Shown piece after piece: positions 24,726 to 37,700 of a DNA stretch of 64,000 nucleotides. Within the stretch, counting starts at the first letter, position 1. Every line of letters starts with the position of its first letter. Where the stretch lies: contig CM069161.1 of NCBI GenBank assembly GCA_035221665.1, positions 21,266,001 through 21,330,000 on the forward strand. Reading direction: 5' to 3'. A model generated the notes under the pieces. The model saw only the letters and a program-made list of their open reading frames with translations. It searched no databases and was not told the origin of the DNA. The translations under genes were made by a program, and so were the position numbers. Source of the DNA: Okamejei kenojei (lineage: Eukaryota).

Positions 24726-27099
24726 CTGTATATATATTACATGAAGAAAAAAAAGAATTGAGCCTTAGCTTTGTTGATTTATGATCTGGCTTGAATAACA
24801 AGTGTTAAAAATTTAACATTCATAAAGTAAATCAATATAGGGAAAGGTGTTGCTGAATTATTTTTTATGTTATCTCCTGATTGAGCTTCCTCATTCCATC
24901 ATCTCTAATCTTGATATTATTCTAAATTATGCTGCAACTGCGCTGACTTGAGTGGTCTCATTTATCTACACTCATAAATACTCCCTAAGATGCACCTTGA
25001 TATTATAGGTCTCATCTTTTCAAATCCATCTACTTCATCCATCTCTATCTCTGTAACTGTTCGTAGTTTTGACATTTTCTAAAATAACTTTGTTCTTCCA
25101 ATTCTGGGCTCTTGAACATCCCAAGTTAAATAATTTCACCAATTGCAGGAGTTCCAAACTCTCGGAATTTCTTCTCCAAGTTTCTACATTTCTCTTTCCT
25201 CCTTAAAAAAAGACCTTAGAGTCTTCATCCATGAGAAAGCTTTGGTCATCTGCACTAATATATCCTTACATGGCCATTTTTGTTAGATGCCATTGAAATG
25301 TTTTGACCAATTTGTTAAATTGAAAGCATCTGATTTACAAATATATATTTATTGGAACGACTGCCGATCAATGTCCCAAATATATTGTCAAGAGTTATAA
25401 GTTCTTGTTACTGGTCAATACAACATTTTAAATATGTAGCTTATTATATTTTGAACTTGCTCCTTTAAAACCAAGCACCTGTTAAAAACTAACAACCCTT
25501 TAAAGGAAACATTTAGAAATTTGTCACAAGATTGTGATCAATTTTAGATTTAATTCACTATTTAAAAATCACAAATTTGGAAATGTGATGTGAAGTACTG
25601 ACGTATCATTTTCACCGGTGCCATGTTATTCACACTGATGCAATACCGAAAACAAAACAGAAGAAAAAACACAAACAACAAAATGCACATGGGGGAAAAA
25701 ACCTAATCTCCAGTGTCATCGACATGTGTTTCTCAGCAGTGAATTAGTTCAGCAGTGAAATTCAGATTTCCATTCTGGCGAACATCAGTAGCCCTCAGTT
25801 TCTTTTAATTGTGAATCATCTCTCCCAAAATATGTTGAGAACTTAAAATTAAAATTTCACGGCGCTATTTGCTAACATTTGACCTACGTTTGAAATGCAA
25901 GTGTTAATGTTGGGTGTAGATTCTGGTCAATGTTGACCCGCAGGATGTTGATACTTTAGGACTTAACAACAGTCAAACCATTAATGTGAAGAGTTAGTGG
26001 TCTGTCCTTCTATTGATGGAGATGGCCATTACATGATATCTCATTGTTTACCTTCCCTCAACCCGGAAAGTGATAAAACAATAATAAATTACTTTCCAAT
26101 CCATTCAAAGTAATTAATAAAAGTAAGTAATTATTGTTTTGCAATAATTCCTGTATTTTCTTGCCAGAGGTAAATAGCGATGAATGCAAAAATTGTCATG
26201 GCCCAAAACTAAAAAGTTTAAGTAGAAATCTTTCCACCAATGAATTTTAACTTAAAACCAACCATAAATCAATGGTTTAATATTTCAGGAAGATCTAGAA
26301 GAAAATCTATTCTATTTTCCAAGGTAGGTTGAAATCGGTCTATAGCTTCCCTAGAATAGGACTGTAACAGAACCTAGAATCCCATCAGTGATAGAATACA
26401 AAATATTGGTAGTCCCAGTCAGGCTGTTATCACAGAATCCCCATGTAAACATACACCTGAAAGATATTGAATGATAACTGTGATGTGCTAATAGGAATTG
26501 AATTGAAGGCACATCGTTGTAACGGGTCTTGACAAAAGTCACATGACAATCGATCTCCAGTTACAGAGTTACGTTCTCCACCTTACATTCCAATTACACC
26601 ACTAGGAAATTTACAGTCCAATATAAACTACAAACAACAGTTTTGGATGTGGGTGGAGCCACGTGGTCACGGGAGATGCAATCCAATAGTGCATAAGAGG
26701 TCAGGATAAACTGGATTCTAACGCTGTGAGGTGTGTTAACAGTGCGCACTGAATTTTTGGCAAAGAACTCTATAAAGATATGCAAATGGGGAAATATAAT
26801 ATAATTGTTCTTTAGTAAGGGTGTGAATTGTACTGGCAGTCTTTGTGCAAGGAAAATGAGATGAAGGAAATAAAGCAAAAACATAAATGTGGAGTCACTC
26901 TGGTACAATGAGGATAGAAATAATTGTCTAATCGTTTTGTGTGGGATTTAATGTTTCAAAGTTAATCTTAATTATAAACAGAGCTTTTATATTTATCAAA
27001 ATTTCTCTTCTCATATTAGCACTGAATCATATGATTAGTGAATGGTATTTAATTCTTCTGGGGGAGTGTGTTAAATGTATATTAAAAGCTGACTATTAC

Positions 27100-27213
27100 C
27101 AGTTTTCGGAGTGAAAGTTATCTTACCATCATGATCCAGCAAAGGGACTGTGTAGGTGGTGAGGTGTTGTATTTGGGGGTGGGGTGCTTGGTCAGTGATG
27201 CATGATGGGACTG
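27100..27213 (-). CDS. hdac5: HDAC5 exon, frameshifted in this assembly: ..HHASLDQS..P...PFAGS.DG.DNFPLRKT
   Basis: Minus strand has CAT CAT GCA TCA CT GAC CAA ... CCC TTT GCT GGA TCA ... GAT AAC TTT CA CTC CGA AA ACT G|gtaat. The phase-1 donor joins the SEPNLK exon to give RKTASEP. Multiple 1-nt deletions. Confidence 0.85.
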
Positions 27214-27869
27214 CTAGAAACATAGAAAAGTAATTGCAACAGCCATTCAATGTAACATTTCATTGTGTTTTACTTAGGAGGGATAAAGGGTTATAATTCT
27301 TAAATGCAATTGGACTTTGCAATTATAACTTAGCAAAAAAAACGAAGTTCAATGCAAAGCTACACTTGATATGTCTAGGCTCAAACAAAAATGGCTGAAT
27401 TGTTGGCTTGACTATAATTAAATTATTTGAGTGTTTTTGTTACATTAGTTGGAAAAGGCTATGAACGTAACATCACAGTTTAAAATATGGGTTACTTACC
27501 AGAGGTAGATTATTCTAGAGGACGATTTCAAATAGGACTTTAAATTAAGTAATAAATAATTGGCCATCACGCAGTTTTGTGATGGCAAAATCATATGGAT
27601 TGATGATAAATTCATTGTTTACTCATGTCCTTTAGTAAAGAAGCTAAGCTTTGTTATTAATATGAAAGAGAACCACAGTATGTTTTGACATTAAAATACA
27701 CAGAAATCATCATTAAGGGGCAGTGGGGATAGATTCTAAATGTGGTTGTGTAATTATACAACTCCTGCAACGGGATAAGTCAATACTAATTAAAATTGGT
27801 TCCTATTAAAACTGTTGCACTTAATTTAATTTAGGAATTTCTTTAAAATCATTTTTCAGAGGCACGTAT

Positions 27870-28165
27870 TAGAACATAGAAAATAGAAGAATAGGTGCAG
27901 GAGGAGTATTGGCTTCGAGCCAGCACCGCCATTCATTGTGTCATGGCTGATCGTCGTATAAAAGTGCTGCTCCTATATCTTGATCCCCTAGCAGAGCTTA
28001 TATCCAATCTCTCTTAAATCCTCGAGTGATTTGGCTGATGTATCTGTGGCAGGGATTCATAATTCAAACTCTTGGTAAAAAATTTTTTTCTCATCAGTCT
28101 TGAATGGACATCTTTATTCTAGTTGTGTCCTGGTTCTGGTCTCATCAATTGGGAACATTTTAGCA
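27870..28165 (-). mobile_element. CR1 LINE 3' end (error-rich)
   Basis: agaacatagaaaatag...aggtgcaggag...cttcgagccagcaccgccattcattgtg matches the cleaner copy at 48146-48362. Confidence 0.7.
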
Positions 28166-29569
28166 TATTATATACTCAGCTGTATTTTGCATCATTGCGC
28201 AAGGCTCAAATAAGTTCATTGAGACCAGGATAAGATGAAGCTGTATTTGATCGAGCTGTTTTTATTAATTTTATTGATGCCAATAATATTCAGCCATTGT
28301 TCAAAACCATTACTTGAATGTGTAAGTATCTTATGTCATATAACTTAGGTCTATTGACAATGTGAAGCAGAAACTCTAATTTTAAGTTCTGATGAGAGGA
28401 AGTCTTTTTTTTTGAATGTCATTAATACTGTTTGACTTATTTTTAACTTATCTTACTTGGGAAAGTACTCTTTATTTTTTAAAGCATGATGTCAAGATGT
28501 TGTATAGTACACAGCTCGTGTATCTAAGAAATATGATGGACTGTTTGTTATTTTTCCCTTCGCAAACGATCCTACAAATATAGAGAAAGGTGAGGTAATG
28601 GCATTTAAAGACCAATGTTGTAAGTAGTAGATAGGCAAGCATTTGTGTTATGTCTGTCAAGACAACTGGCACTGAGGGGGGAGTCATTTAGGGAATGCAT
28701 CAAATAGATCTTATGTTTTTCACTTCATTATAGTGAATAGATTCTGGATGGTTTTTGATCTAACATGAGGTCCATTACAATGTTATCTGCACAACAGAGA
28801 ACGTAGTTGTTAGTTATGTATAGACCAGGCTTTGGTTCTGGAATATGATCCTGAGATAAATTTGAATCTCGGTAGTGAAATTTAATTAAATAATTAAACA
28901 AACAGCAAATAAAATTAAATTGAATAATGCTCATAATTGATATTTGTTGTTGTAAAAATCTATCGAAGCGTATTAATATCAGTTTAATTTGGATAAAAAA
29001 TATTCAGTGCAAGAGCAGGGGAAAACGTTTCTTGAAAATCTTTATGCTGTAAAGATATGGGTGGCAGCAAATGGCGGGACCTTTGAGATATATGATAGGT
29101 AATTTTATGGGGGGAATTCAAATAAAACAAGTGGGAATTAGGAAAAAATTTAGTTTCAAACTTGTTTTAATTTGAAGAGCAACAACATTAAAAATAAATT
29201 CAGATCTAAGAGGTGGCAGACCGATATTAGAGAAATATAGAATAAGTTAAGTTAGTTTTTGTCCACTTGCTTAATTGTATTTATAAAGCTAACAATGTTA
29301 TATTTTTCTCTGAGTGGAATTTTTCCATTATATTTTAATAATGCAGAAATGACATTCTGGAAAGTAAATTAGATTATGATTGGATTACTTTTGTCATGCC
29401 ATTTCAGAAAAGTTATTATTTAGACTAAATAGACGATTTGAAAAAGAGGATTTCTTATTTTTGGATTTGTCAGGAGGATATTTAAATTAGTGGAATAACA
29501 TCTGAGTACAAACGCATATGTGTATTGGTTAACCATAAATTAATCTTAACTAGACAATATCCCAAACAC

Positions 29570-29689
29570 AAGTAAGTTTGTGGGATGCTGGGGGATGGAA
29601 AGATTCGGCCACTGGTCATAGATCCTTCTTGTAGCTGTTTACTTAATAGGAATCTGAAGTTTTTGTTTGACTTTGTCTAGTTATTGCAC
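29570..29689 (-). CDS. hdac5: HDAC5 exon, frameshifted in this assembly: MEF2-binding helix (S)AI.STEVKQKLQEFLLSK...GLNHSIPQHPK
   Basis: Minus strand reads cag|GT GCA ATA ... GTC AAA CAA AAA CTT CA GA TTC CTA TTA AGT AAA ... TCC ATC CCC CAG CAT CCC. The donor end is uncertain by several nt. Confidence 0.82.
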
Positions 29690-31338
29690 CTGGACGAGTG
29701 GAAAGTGAAAGGAGGTTATGAAAATATTTAACGCAATTTCATTCGATATATGCAGTGTTTATGGGTAAATTTAAATAAACAAGATTTTCTGAATCCAGAG
29801 ATAATTTTTGTAGTTGTTTACTCTCAATCAAAAGTTTCAGAATGATGAAATTAGGATCTGCATTTTTTCAGATCTGCACCTCTCGTCTCACTTATTAAGC
29901 CATGCTTCATCTTTCCTGAACTATCTTTTCCACCCTCATTCTATTACTCTTTCTTCAGTCTCTATTTGGTTACCTAATACGTTTAACTCAAGCAGGACTC
30001 ATGCACCTTTCTCTGTATGTTCACCTTTTGTGCAGCCCCTTTCACCTTTATTCTTATACTTCAAGTCGCTGATGTAGGGGCTAGCTAATATTTGATGCTA
30101 CTTGGGATGACCTTAAACTATGAGTTTTGTCAGATTGTTTTGTCCTCATAATTACAGGCTTCTGCAGTTTGTGTTTCTTTGTGTTGGCGGTTTAAGATTT
30201 TTATTGTTTTAATTTTTTTATCACTTAATACTATAAACTTATAATTGGAGAGAAATAATCAGGGAACTGTATAACATTATTTTGAAAATTGTTTAAAAAT
30301 TCATATTAAAATTTTGATACTGTCATATGCAGAAATTTAGACAGCAATTTTAATTGAATTATAAAATGTGGTAAAAGATAATTTAAGTTCACATGAAGCA
30401 TGTTTTGCTTGTATTTATGATTTTTTTGCGAATTGCTGTATTTTGATTGTGTAAATTGTGTGGTTAATCTAATTATAGAGTAACAAAAATTAATAGTAGC
30501 TTTGTTAAGGTTAATTATTATGCAAATTGTCATTTACTTATCAGAAAGCAAATAAAGTGAAGAAAAATTTTACAGCAGTTTACTTAGATTAAGATACGAG
30601 AAAGGTTTAGTCTAAATATCTAAGGTTATTGTGATTACAAGATACAAGCAACAGCATTCTGAATGATTGATTTTGCTCGTTTGTGATATTTGTTTCAATT
30701 TCAATGTTCATAAATTAAATTTTAAAATTTAATTCACGCACTTAAATTAGTTTTGCATAAAAGGTTGCATACAATATTTAATTTCAAAAACGAGGATGCC
30801 ATTAATCCCATGCTGATATTTTGTAGCTTCATAGGGAAATATGCAGAGCAATGGATCATGAAAAAAGTGAATGATGTCTTGCAGAGACTCTAGTATCTAG
30901 GGGTACATTGAAAAGGAGACTGCCAATATTTCTTTTAATTACTAGTTATTTAAGTTGGTTTGTTTCTAACATTATTAATGTTTTTGCTATGGATTTTTCC
31001 TTTGGAACAATAGTGATGACGGAGGGGGGATGAATTACTGGGTAAGAAAAACTGATGAAGAATGTGATCTCATTATTTTTTTAAAAATATTTACTTAAAA
31101 ATTTTAAATTATTTGTGGTTAGTTTCAGGAAATTATAGGTTTATTATTTTTGATATGCCTGTGAAGACTCAGAGAAGTGAGCTTCAAGTAGTACAACATG
31201 TTTAAGATGGCCCGTCGTGATAAAATTAGTTAATGTAATTCCTCAGTGCATTGATTATAGGTCTTCACCCTATTTGTCTGAGAAGCTGAACGGGGGGCAG
31301 TTTTTGATTTTCAAAAGCTATTTCAATAGATTCCTTAC

Positions 31339-31473
31339 TTTCTTCGCCTTTCTCTTTTGTTGAGTATGCAAATTGCTGCTCAGTCTTGTTTCTCAATTTT
31401 CAAATGGTCTTTGTGTTCAAGTGGGTTAGTTGTTCCCAATTCTGCTGGCTTCATGCTAGGCTTCTTGTTGTTG
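31339..31473 (-). CDS. hdac5: HDAC5 exon, frameshifted in this assembly: QQQEMLAMK.QQELEQ...EKQRLEQQL.IL.NKEKG.E
   Basis: Minus strand reads ag|CAA CAA CAA GAA ... CTA GC ATG AAG ... GAG AAA CAA GA CTG AG CAG CAA ... ATA CTC AAC AAA AGAG AAA GGC GAA GAA A|gtaagg. It occupies the right position in the exon order. Confidence 0.78.
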
Positions 31474-32896
31474 CTTCACAATATGCAAATAGGGCCAAGT
31501 AAACAAAACGATAGCATTTACATATTAACATACCAATACCAATAAAGTTCTTATATCCTTTTACTGATACATCAATTAACTTGGAATTGCTTTAAAAACA
31601 GAATTAGTTCATTATTCAATTGAAAGAAGCATACTAAACATATCAGCTGTTGCCAAGAAATATTTATGTTGCAAACAACATATATTATTACAATAGTATT
31701 GCAAGATTAAGGAGGAGTAAAACTGTATTCTGGTGCAATAAACATGTAGTTTCAGCCCTTACATTATTGATTTTATTATATAAAAGGATGATGCTGACTC
31801 ATTCAGTTTTTGTTAAATCACAGCGCTTATTAATTAATTTCCAAAGCTTTATTAAAGTAATTAAAGTGGGTTAGCTCAAATTTGAAGGATGCTTAAAATG
31901 AATTATAAAATGGGGTAGCCTAGCAGGGCAGGCAAACATTGGTGGTGGAGAAGAGCGTAGTGTTTTCGACGATCTTTAGAGCGTCTGGATTGAAAACTAT
32001 CTATTTCTCTTTCATGGTAGCTACCTGACTGTTGGTGTTGCATTTTGTTTTTAATCAGATTTGTAGTATAGCCAATAAAAACTCCAAAAGAGTTCAAAAT
32101 ATTTTGCTGACAATTTGTAACAGATATGTGATGGACAAAACATATGATATCTATAAGCAAATTTAGATGGAGGCATAAGATAAAAAGTAATATTGTTTCA
32201 GTAATAATTTTAATTTCTTAGCTTAACCTTAAAAATGCATTTAAAAAATTGAGATTACGGAGAGTTTAGAGTGGCATGTGAATAAAGGGAGGACTTATAA
32301 TGTGTACATTTTTGAAAAAGTATGGGAAGTATTTTGACGTTATCATTAAAAGTTGGTATCATAAAATAAATTGTAATGATCCTCAATTGATAATTGTTCT
32401 GTGCATTAAAAAGTTGTTATTAAGTTTAGTTAAATTTATATTTCAAACCAATGGTAATTTGTCAATATGCAATAAACTTGGCGCCCATTTAAACTTTTTT
32501 TGATAATGTGATTTATTTGGTTTTTTTTTTTTTAAAATATGTGAGATTGTAAAAAAGTAACAGTGATAATATTAAAAAATTCAAATGTTATGTGAGGACG
32601 TATACTCAAAATTATTTTGAAGGTAAAGTACTGGGAAACTAATTAAATTAGTCAACTATAATTTGTTTATGAGTGTATGCGAATATAGTCGTAATGCTAT
32701 GTTACAAATCTCAAATTAGTAATGTAACTAAGTATGGGACATGTAAGAGAAAATTACATAGAACTCATTTGGTTTAGGAATAATTCTGGAATTGATAAAT
32801 AATCAGATATATATTAAGCGGGTTAGTGGTGTGGGTTTTGAAATGTCTCCAAATTTACTTGTTATTAATGAATAAAAAAAGTGAGATTATCACGTA

Positions 32897-33113
32897 TTCA
32901 GGTGTTTGCATTGAACCTATGCTGCTTGTCGGTGTTCTGAGTTTCTGGGATACTCAGCAAATATAGCTGCTTCTGAAACTGTTGTGTGCTTAAGATCAAT
33001 CGTTCATGTTGCAGCTGTGTTCGCGATGAAGGGGGTCAAATATGCAACTGGGATTTGGGATTGTCTACTTAATGGAGTGGCGTCTGCTAGTGACAGGAGG
33101 GAGGATTGATTAA
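32897..33113 (-). CDS. hdac5: HDAC5 exon, frameshifted in this assembly: glutamine-rich domain DP..REQQLQHEL..LKQQQQ.QKQL.FAEFQK..EHLTRQHEVQLQKHL
   Basis: Minus strand has GAC CCC ... CGC GAA CA CAG CTG CAA CAT GAA ... CTT AAG ... CAG AAG CAG CTA TA TTT GCT GAG ... CAG AAA ... CAG CAT AG GTT CAA TG CAA A CAC CTG AA. The 5' boundary is approximate. Confidence 0.78.
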
Positions 33114-33439
33114 TGTGTTTGAAAGCAAAATAGGTTTTTTTTGAAAAAAAAGCAATTTTAAAATCTCTAGATTCAGTGGTTTTGGATAAATAGACATAAC
33201 AAGAGTGGGTTCGGTAGAGGTTTTTTTGTCAAAAATGCAGGTGATGATTACCAGGCTATTGTTTTATTAATATTTTGCATCTGTTTTTTCAGTAGTGGAA
33301 GTCCCATCGGGTTTGTATTTTGCGGCACTTAACTTAAACAGAAGTAGCTATTGTTTCAGAGCCAAAATAGAACAGGATGAGATGTAAGAACTACAGATGT
33401 GGGTTTACAACATAAAATGTGGAGAAGATCCAAACTGTT

Positions 33440-33925
33440 GGTCTGGACATTCTGGTTAACATATTTTGAATATGCTGTTTGGTTGTCCACTTACAGGAAA
33501 GGATGTGGAGCTTTGGAAGAGGTATAACGTGGTTTTCCAGAATGTTGCTTGGATTAGAGGGGATAGCACGGAGAGGTTGGACAAACTGGATTGGTTGTCT
33601 CAGAAGCGGATTGAGGGGAGATGAATAGAAGTATATAATCTGATAAAGTGGGTGGAGTCGCAGGTTTTTTCAGTGTGGAAATATTAACAGATAGTGCTAG
33701 CTTTATGGTAGATAGGCAAATTTTTAAGCAGGTGTGTGGGAAAGCTTTTGTTTTTTAAAGAGGGTGGTGGTTGCAGGAAACATGCGGGTCGGTGTGTAGA
33801 CGATACTTAGTGGCATTTAGGAACGTTTAGACAGGCCAGGACAAGCAGGGAATGGATGGCTAAGGAAGTGAGTCTGTTTATCTGGTTCATGTCACAGAAT
33901 TGTGGGCGAAGGTGTTTTGTACGAC
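33440..33925 (+). mobile_element. CR1 LINE 3' fragment (error-rich)
   Basis: aggaaaggatgtggagctttggaaga..., ggagaggttggacaaactgg, gtgggcgaagg are homologous to the CR1 end at 22250-22780. Confidence 0.6.
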
Positions 33926-36199
33926 ATATTGAATTTAGTAAGATTGTACAATAAATAATTGCAAAATGAGATTAAAATAACTACGATTGTATTAATTGGA
34001 GTAAATAACTACCTGTTAACTTTTCCACTTTCATTGAAGATATTGATATAGAGAATTTTGAGTTATGGATATGTTGAACTTCATGTGATGTGGAGTTTCA
34101 TTACTTAAAGGGACTGATTCCTACAGAGGTGAGAGGATTAGGATGCAATACTAGTTCTAGGCACTGGCAAATTAAAGGGTGTGCATGAGAGAATAGATCT
34201 GCTTTGTTATTGAACTATTGTCTATATATACTTTGACTGGGGGGGGGGTTAAGGGCTTTTTATACTTCATTTTAATCACACTTTTGAGGTTAATGAAAAA
34301 AATACTAATGCAAAAATTCGTGAAACAGATCGGATATTCATTTTAAAGGAGAAATGATGCAAGGAGGATTTGAGAGATGCACAAGCTAGGTGGTATGATT
34401 ATGAGTTCATTTGTTGGGAATCATATCAATATGGTCAATGCACACAACAGGTGTAACCATATGGGAGTGCTTGCTAAGTGCAAGTTATAAAATGTAATAA
34501 TAAAGTTAATGAGCTTTAGATATGTTTTGGAGTGTTTATGTCCGGTGATTCAAAGTGGATTCTTCAGGAAGAAAATATGCGGATAAAAAGCTTTACGGTA
34601 AAGGGAGATATTAACTAATTTCATTTTGTCTCTAAATAAAGATGTGTAATAACATGATCTGAGAAAAATCGGGGGTTTTCAGAGACTTTATCAAAAAGAA
34701 GATGAGAAATGATAAATTCTGCACGTTTTGGTTGGAACCGTAGTGAGTGTAGTATATAGTTCTGCTATCCTGAGATTAATATAAGGAGGGATTTTGATTA
34801 GGCAGAATAAATTGTTTACCACGTGTGTCGATTAATTTTAGCTACATTAAATACAAGACAGTCCCAACTTCATTTCCAAATATGGAATGTGAACTTGCCC
34901 CAATGGGTTCTTGGACCAAATAGAAGGTAATTTAAGTGTGAATTATGGACATGTAATTATGGGTTAGTTACTAGGAGGAAGCTCAATATCTAATGCAGTG
35001 GAGAACTTGCTCAATGTTGTAATATAAAATAGATTTTCCCTAGCATCAAATCAGATGCTGTATGCAAAATCTACAAACAGTGGGGACCACTTTAAAGTGT
35101 ATATATTGGACTATAAAAATTGATGTATGCATTACTGTAATGTATTACTAGTCAGGAGTGAAAATGTTTGTATTTATAACTTAGGAAATGAGGAAGTTAA
35201 ACCATGATTAAAGGAAGAATTTGATGAAATAGTGGGCCTAATTGCTATGTCATTTCATGATTCGAGGCGCAAAGGTTTTTTTCCTATGCTACTCAACAAT
35301 GAAAGAGCAATTTGCCCAAAAGAATATGCCAGTTGTTGCCATGTATAAAAGGACATTTTAAAGCTTCCTTGAAACTGTACAATATAATTATTGACGGTGT
35401 GAAGAACTGAGAGGTTTGTCATTATTTGTTGATGTTTAAAGTGCTATCCACCAATGGGGTTGGTTAATAATTAATTTAATGATTCATTAATTATTGTAAC
35501 GTGAACGAGAATCATTGGAAAATTGTTTTGGTGTCCTTTCCAAGCATATTATAATACACAGTGCTATATTTGATTACAGAATGAAGTTGCAAAAGGTAAG
35601 GATGCAAAAAATAGCATTACAGCTTATATAATACGTGTGCAAAGATAGCTAAGAGAAAGTGTCGAGAGAAACAGAAAAGTGATTGGGCTGCAAAATCATT
35701 AAGTCATATGAGATTCCGTTTCAGAATCTGAAAACAGTGGGGTGGAAACTGGTCTTGAATCTAGTGGAACATGTTTCTTATCTTTGTTTTTTTTTGCAGC
35801 TAGTGAGGGGAGAATTTGAGGAATGTGAGGGGTCTTCGCAATTTTGAAAGATGACACTCCTTGGCATGTCACCTCAACGTGATACCATTCGGGAAAGAAA
35901 ATATGGAGCCTGAGAACTGTAATCTTAGATTATACAGCTCCTTTCTGCAACGGATGGGTCCTGAAACATAATGACACCATACCTCAGCAACAATCTATAT
36001 AGACTTGTGTTCGGAGACTATATAGTTTTGTTTGCACTATTATGGTTGGTAATTAGTTTATATGATTACTAATTTATGTAATGATCATTATGAATATTTG
36101 TGTTGTGTTTTTGTTAGAATGGGCCTGTTAACGTGAAGAGAAAGAATTTTGTTGTTTCATTTCCAGATGACATGAATAAAATGATTTTTCACTCTCTTG

Positions 36200-37700
36200 T
36201 TATGTTCTCAGTTTTCCCGGAGTGTGAAGTGTAAGATAAAGTTGATGCGAGGGGGGGAGAGAGGAGGGCAGCAGATATCGGATAGACTGGGCAGATCCAC
36301 AAGTAGTTCTATATTTTTGCAGTGTCGGGCTGATCAGTGTCATAACAAGTGTTGAGGCATCAGGTAGGATGCTTTTGTGATGCATTGAGAAACTGAAAAA
36401 AGCCAATGGAGCAGGCCAAGTTTCTTTCGTCTTCTGTGGGAAGTAGAAGGCTTAATGTGCTTTCTGGAGCAATTGTGATGTGGTTGGATCAGGTAAATTG
36501 TGGTGATATTACCATGAGGAACTGACTTTTGCTGAAATTGAGGGAGGATGGATGTTGAGATATTATAAGCTCTATCTCCTTTCTGTATTTGGACCATAAT
36601 TTGTTTGTGACGTTCACTATGGTACCATCAACTGCAAAGTTGTTGTAAATTGGAGTGATGTAGACTTAGGTGCAGAAGTTAGCTAGAGGAATTTAGTAAG
36701 GGTTGTGGAGAGCCTTGCTGAAAGCAGCAGTGTTAAGAATTATTGTGATAGGATGTTTTGACAGTTATCTATAATTTGGTTTCTGGGTCGTAAGTCAAGG
36801 GTTCCATTTGCAGAGTGGGTTTATGAGATCTAGATCCAGATGCTTGGAGATGAGTTTGGTTGAAAAATTTGCTGTGGAAGTGGAAATATAACAGAAATAG
36901 AAGTCTGTATAGTTGCCTGTGTCATCCTGATGTTATGAAGTTTTTAGGGCCAGGGGACCTCTGTAAAATTGTGTGAGGTCGAAGAATTAATTTTAAAGTA
37001 GGCTGTTGGAAGTGGGATGATTTATTGCATGTTCCAGCAATTTGAAGCACTTCATGATGGTGGATGCCAGTGCACGGGATGGTCCATGTTGTTACATACT
37101 TGTTTTTCTTTGGATGAATGAAAGCTATCTTTTTAAAGTAGGTAAGAAACCACAGTTTGGCAAGGGTGAGGTTAAAGATGTTGCAAATACCTGTAGTTGG
37201 TCGTGAGGTTCTGAGAACACATGTCATCTGGTTGTGATTTTGATGTACTTAGGATATCTACGTGATGAAATGCGTACGGGTATCCAAGGTATAAGATGGA
37301 TTGATGTATTTTCATGACTTCGTCAAAACAAGTATAGGATGGTTGTGCAGTGATATGCTTGATTATTTGAATCTATACAGATGCACGCCTTGCACAATGA
37401 ATAATGGCTGTTTGGTTTTCTGGGACTTGTTGGTTCCAGATAATTATCTTTGGCATATGATGTTGGTGAAGGTTGTATCAGATTTTCTTTATAGGTAGGG
37501 ATCGCTGATTGAACGTCAAAGATTTGATCTCACCAGGAGTGGATTACAGTTCATATATGATTTGGTTGGGGGGCGTTGGATTTAATTTTTTGGACACCAG
37601 TTCACTATTCATGATATTAAGTTTGTGGTGCAGCAGATTTAATTATTTTTGGTGCAGGATCCTTCAAGGTGGTATCGTCGGACGCAAGTATGTTATGTAG
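36200..37700 (-). mobile_element. Rex1/Babar-like LINE RT fragment (very error-rich)
   Basis: Minus-strand remnants of RT motifs (gcactggcatccaccatcatgaagtgcttc = ALxSxxMKCF-like; DF-containing segments). Broken by indels. Confidence 0.5.

Noticed and set aside
19199-33113. Interpreting the gene as a pseudogene
   Set aside because: Damage is confined to blocks where neighbouring repeats are equally garbled and is dominated by 1-nt deletions. The other exons are intact with consistent phases.
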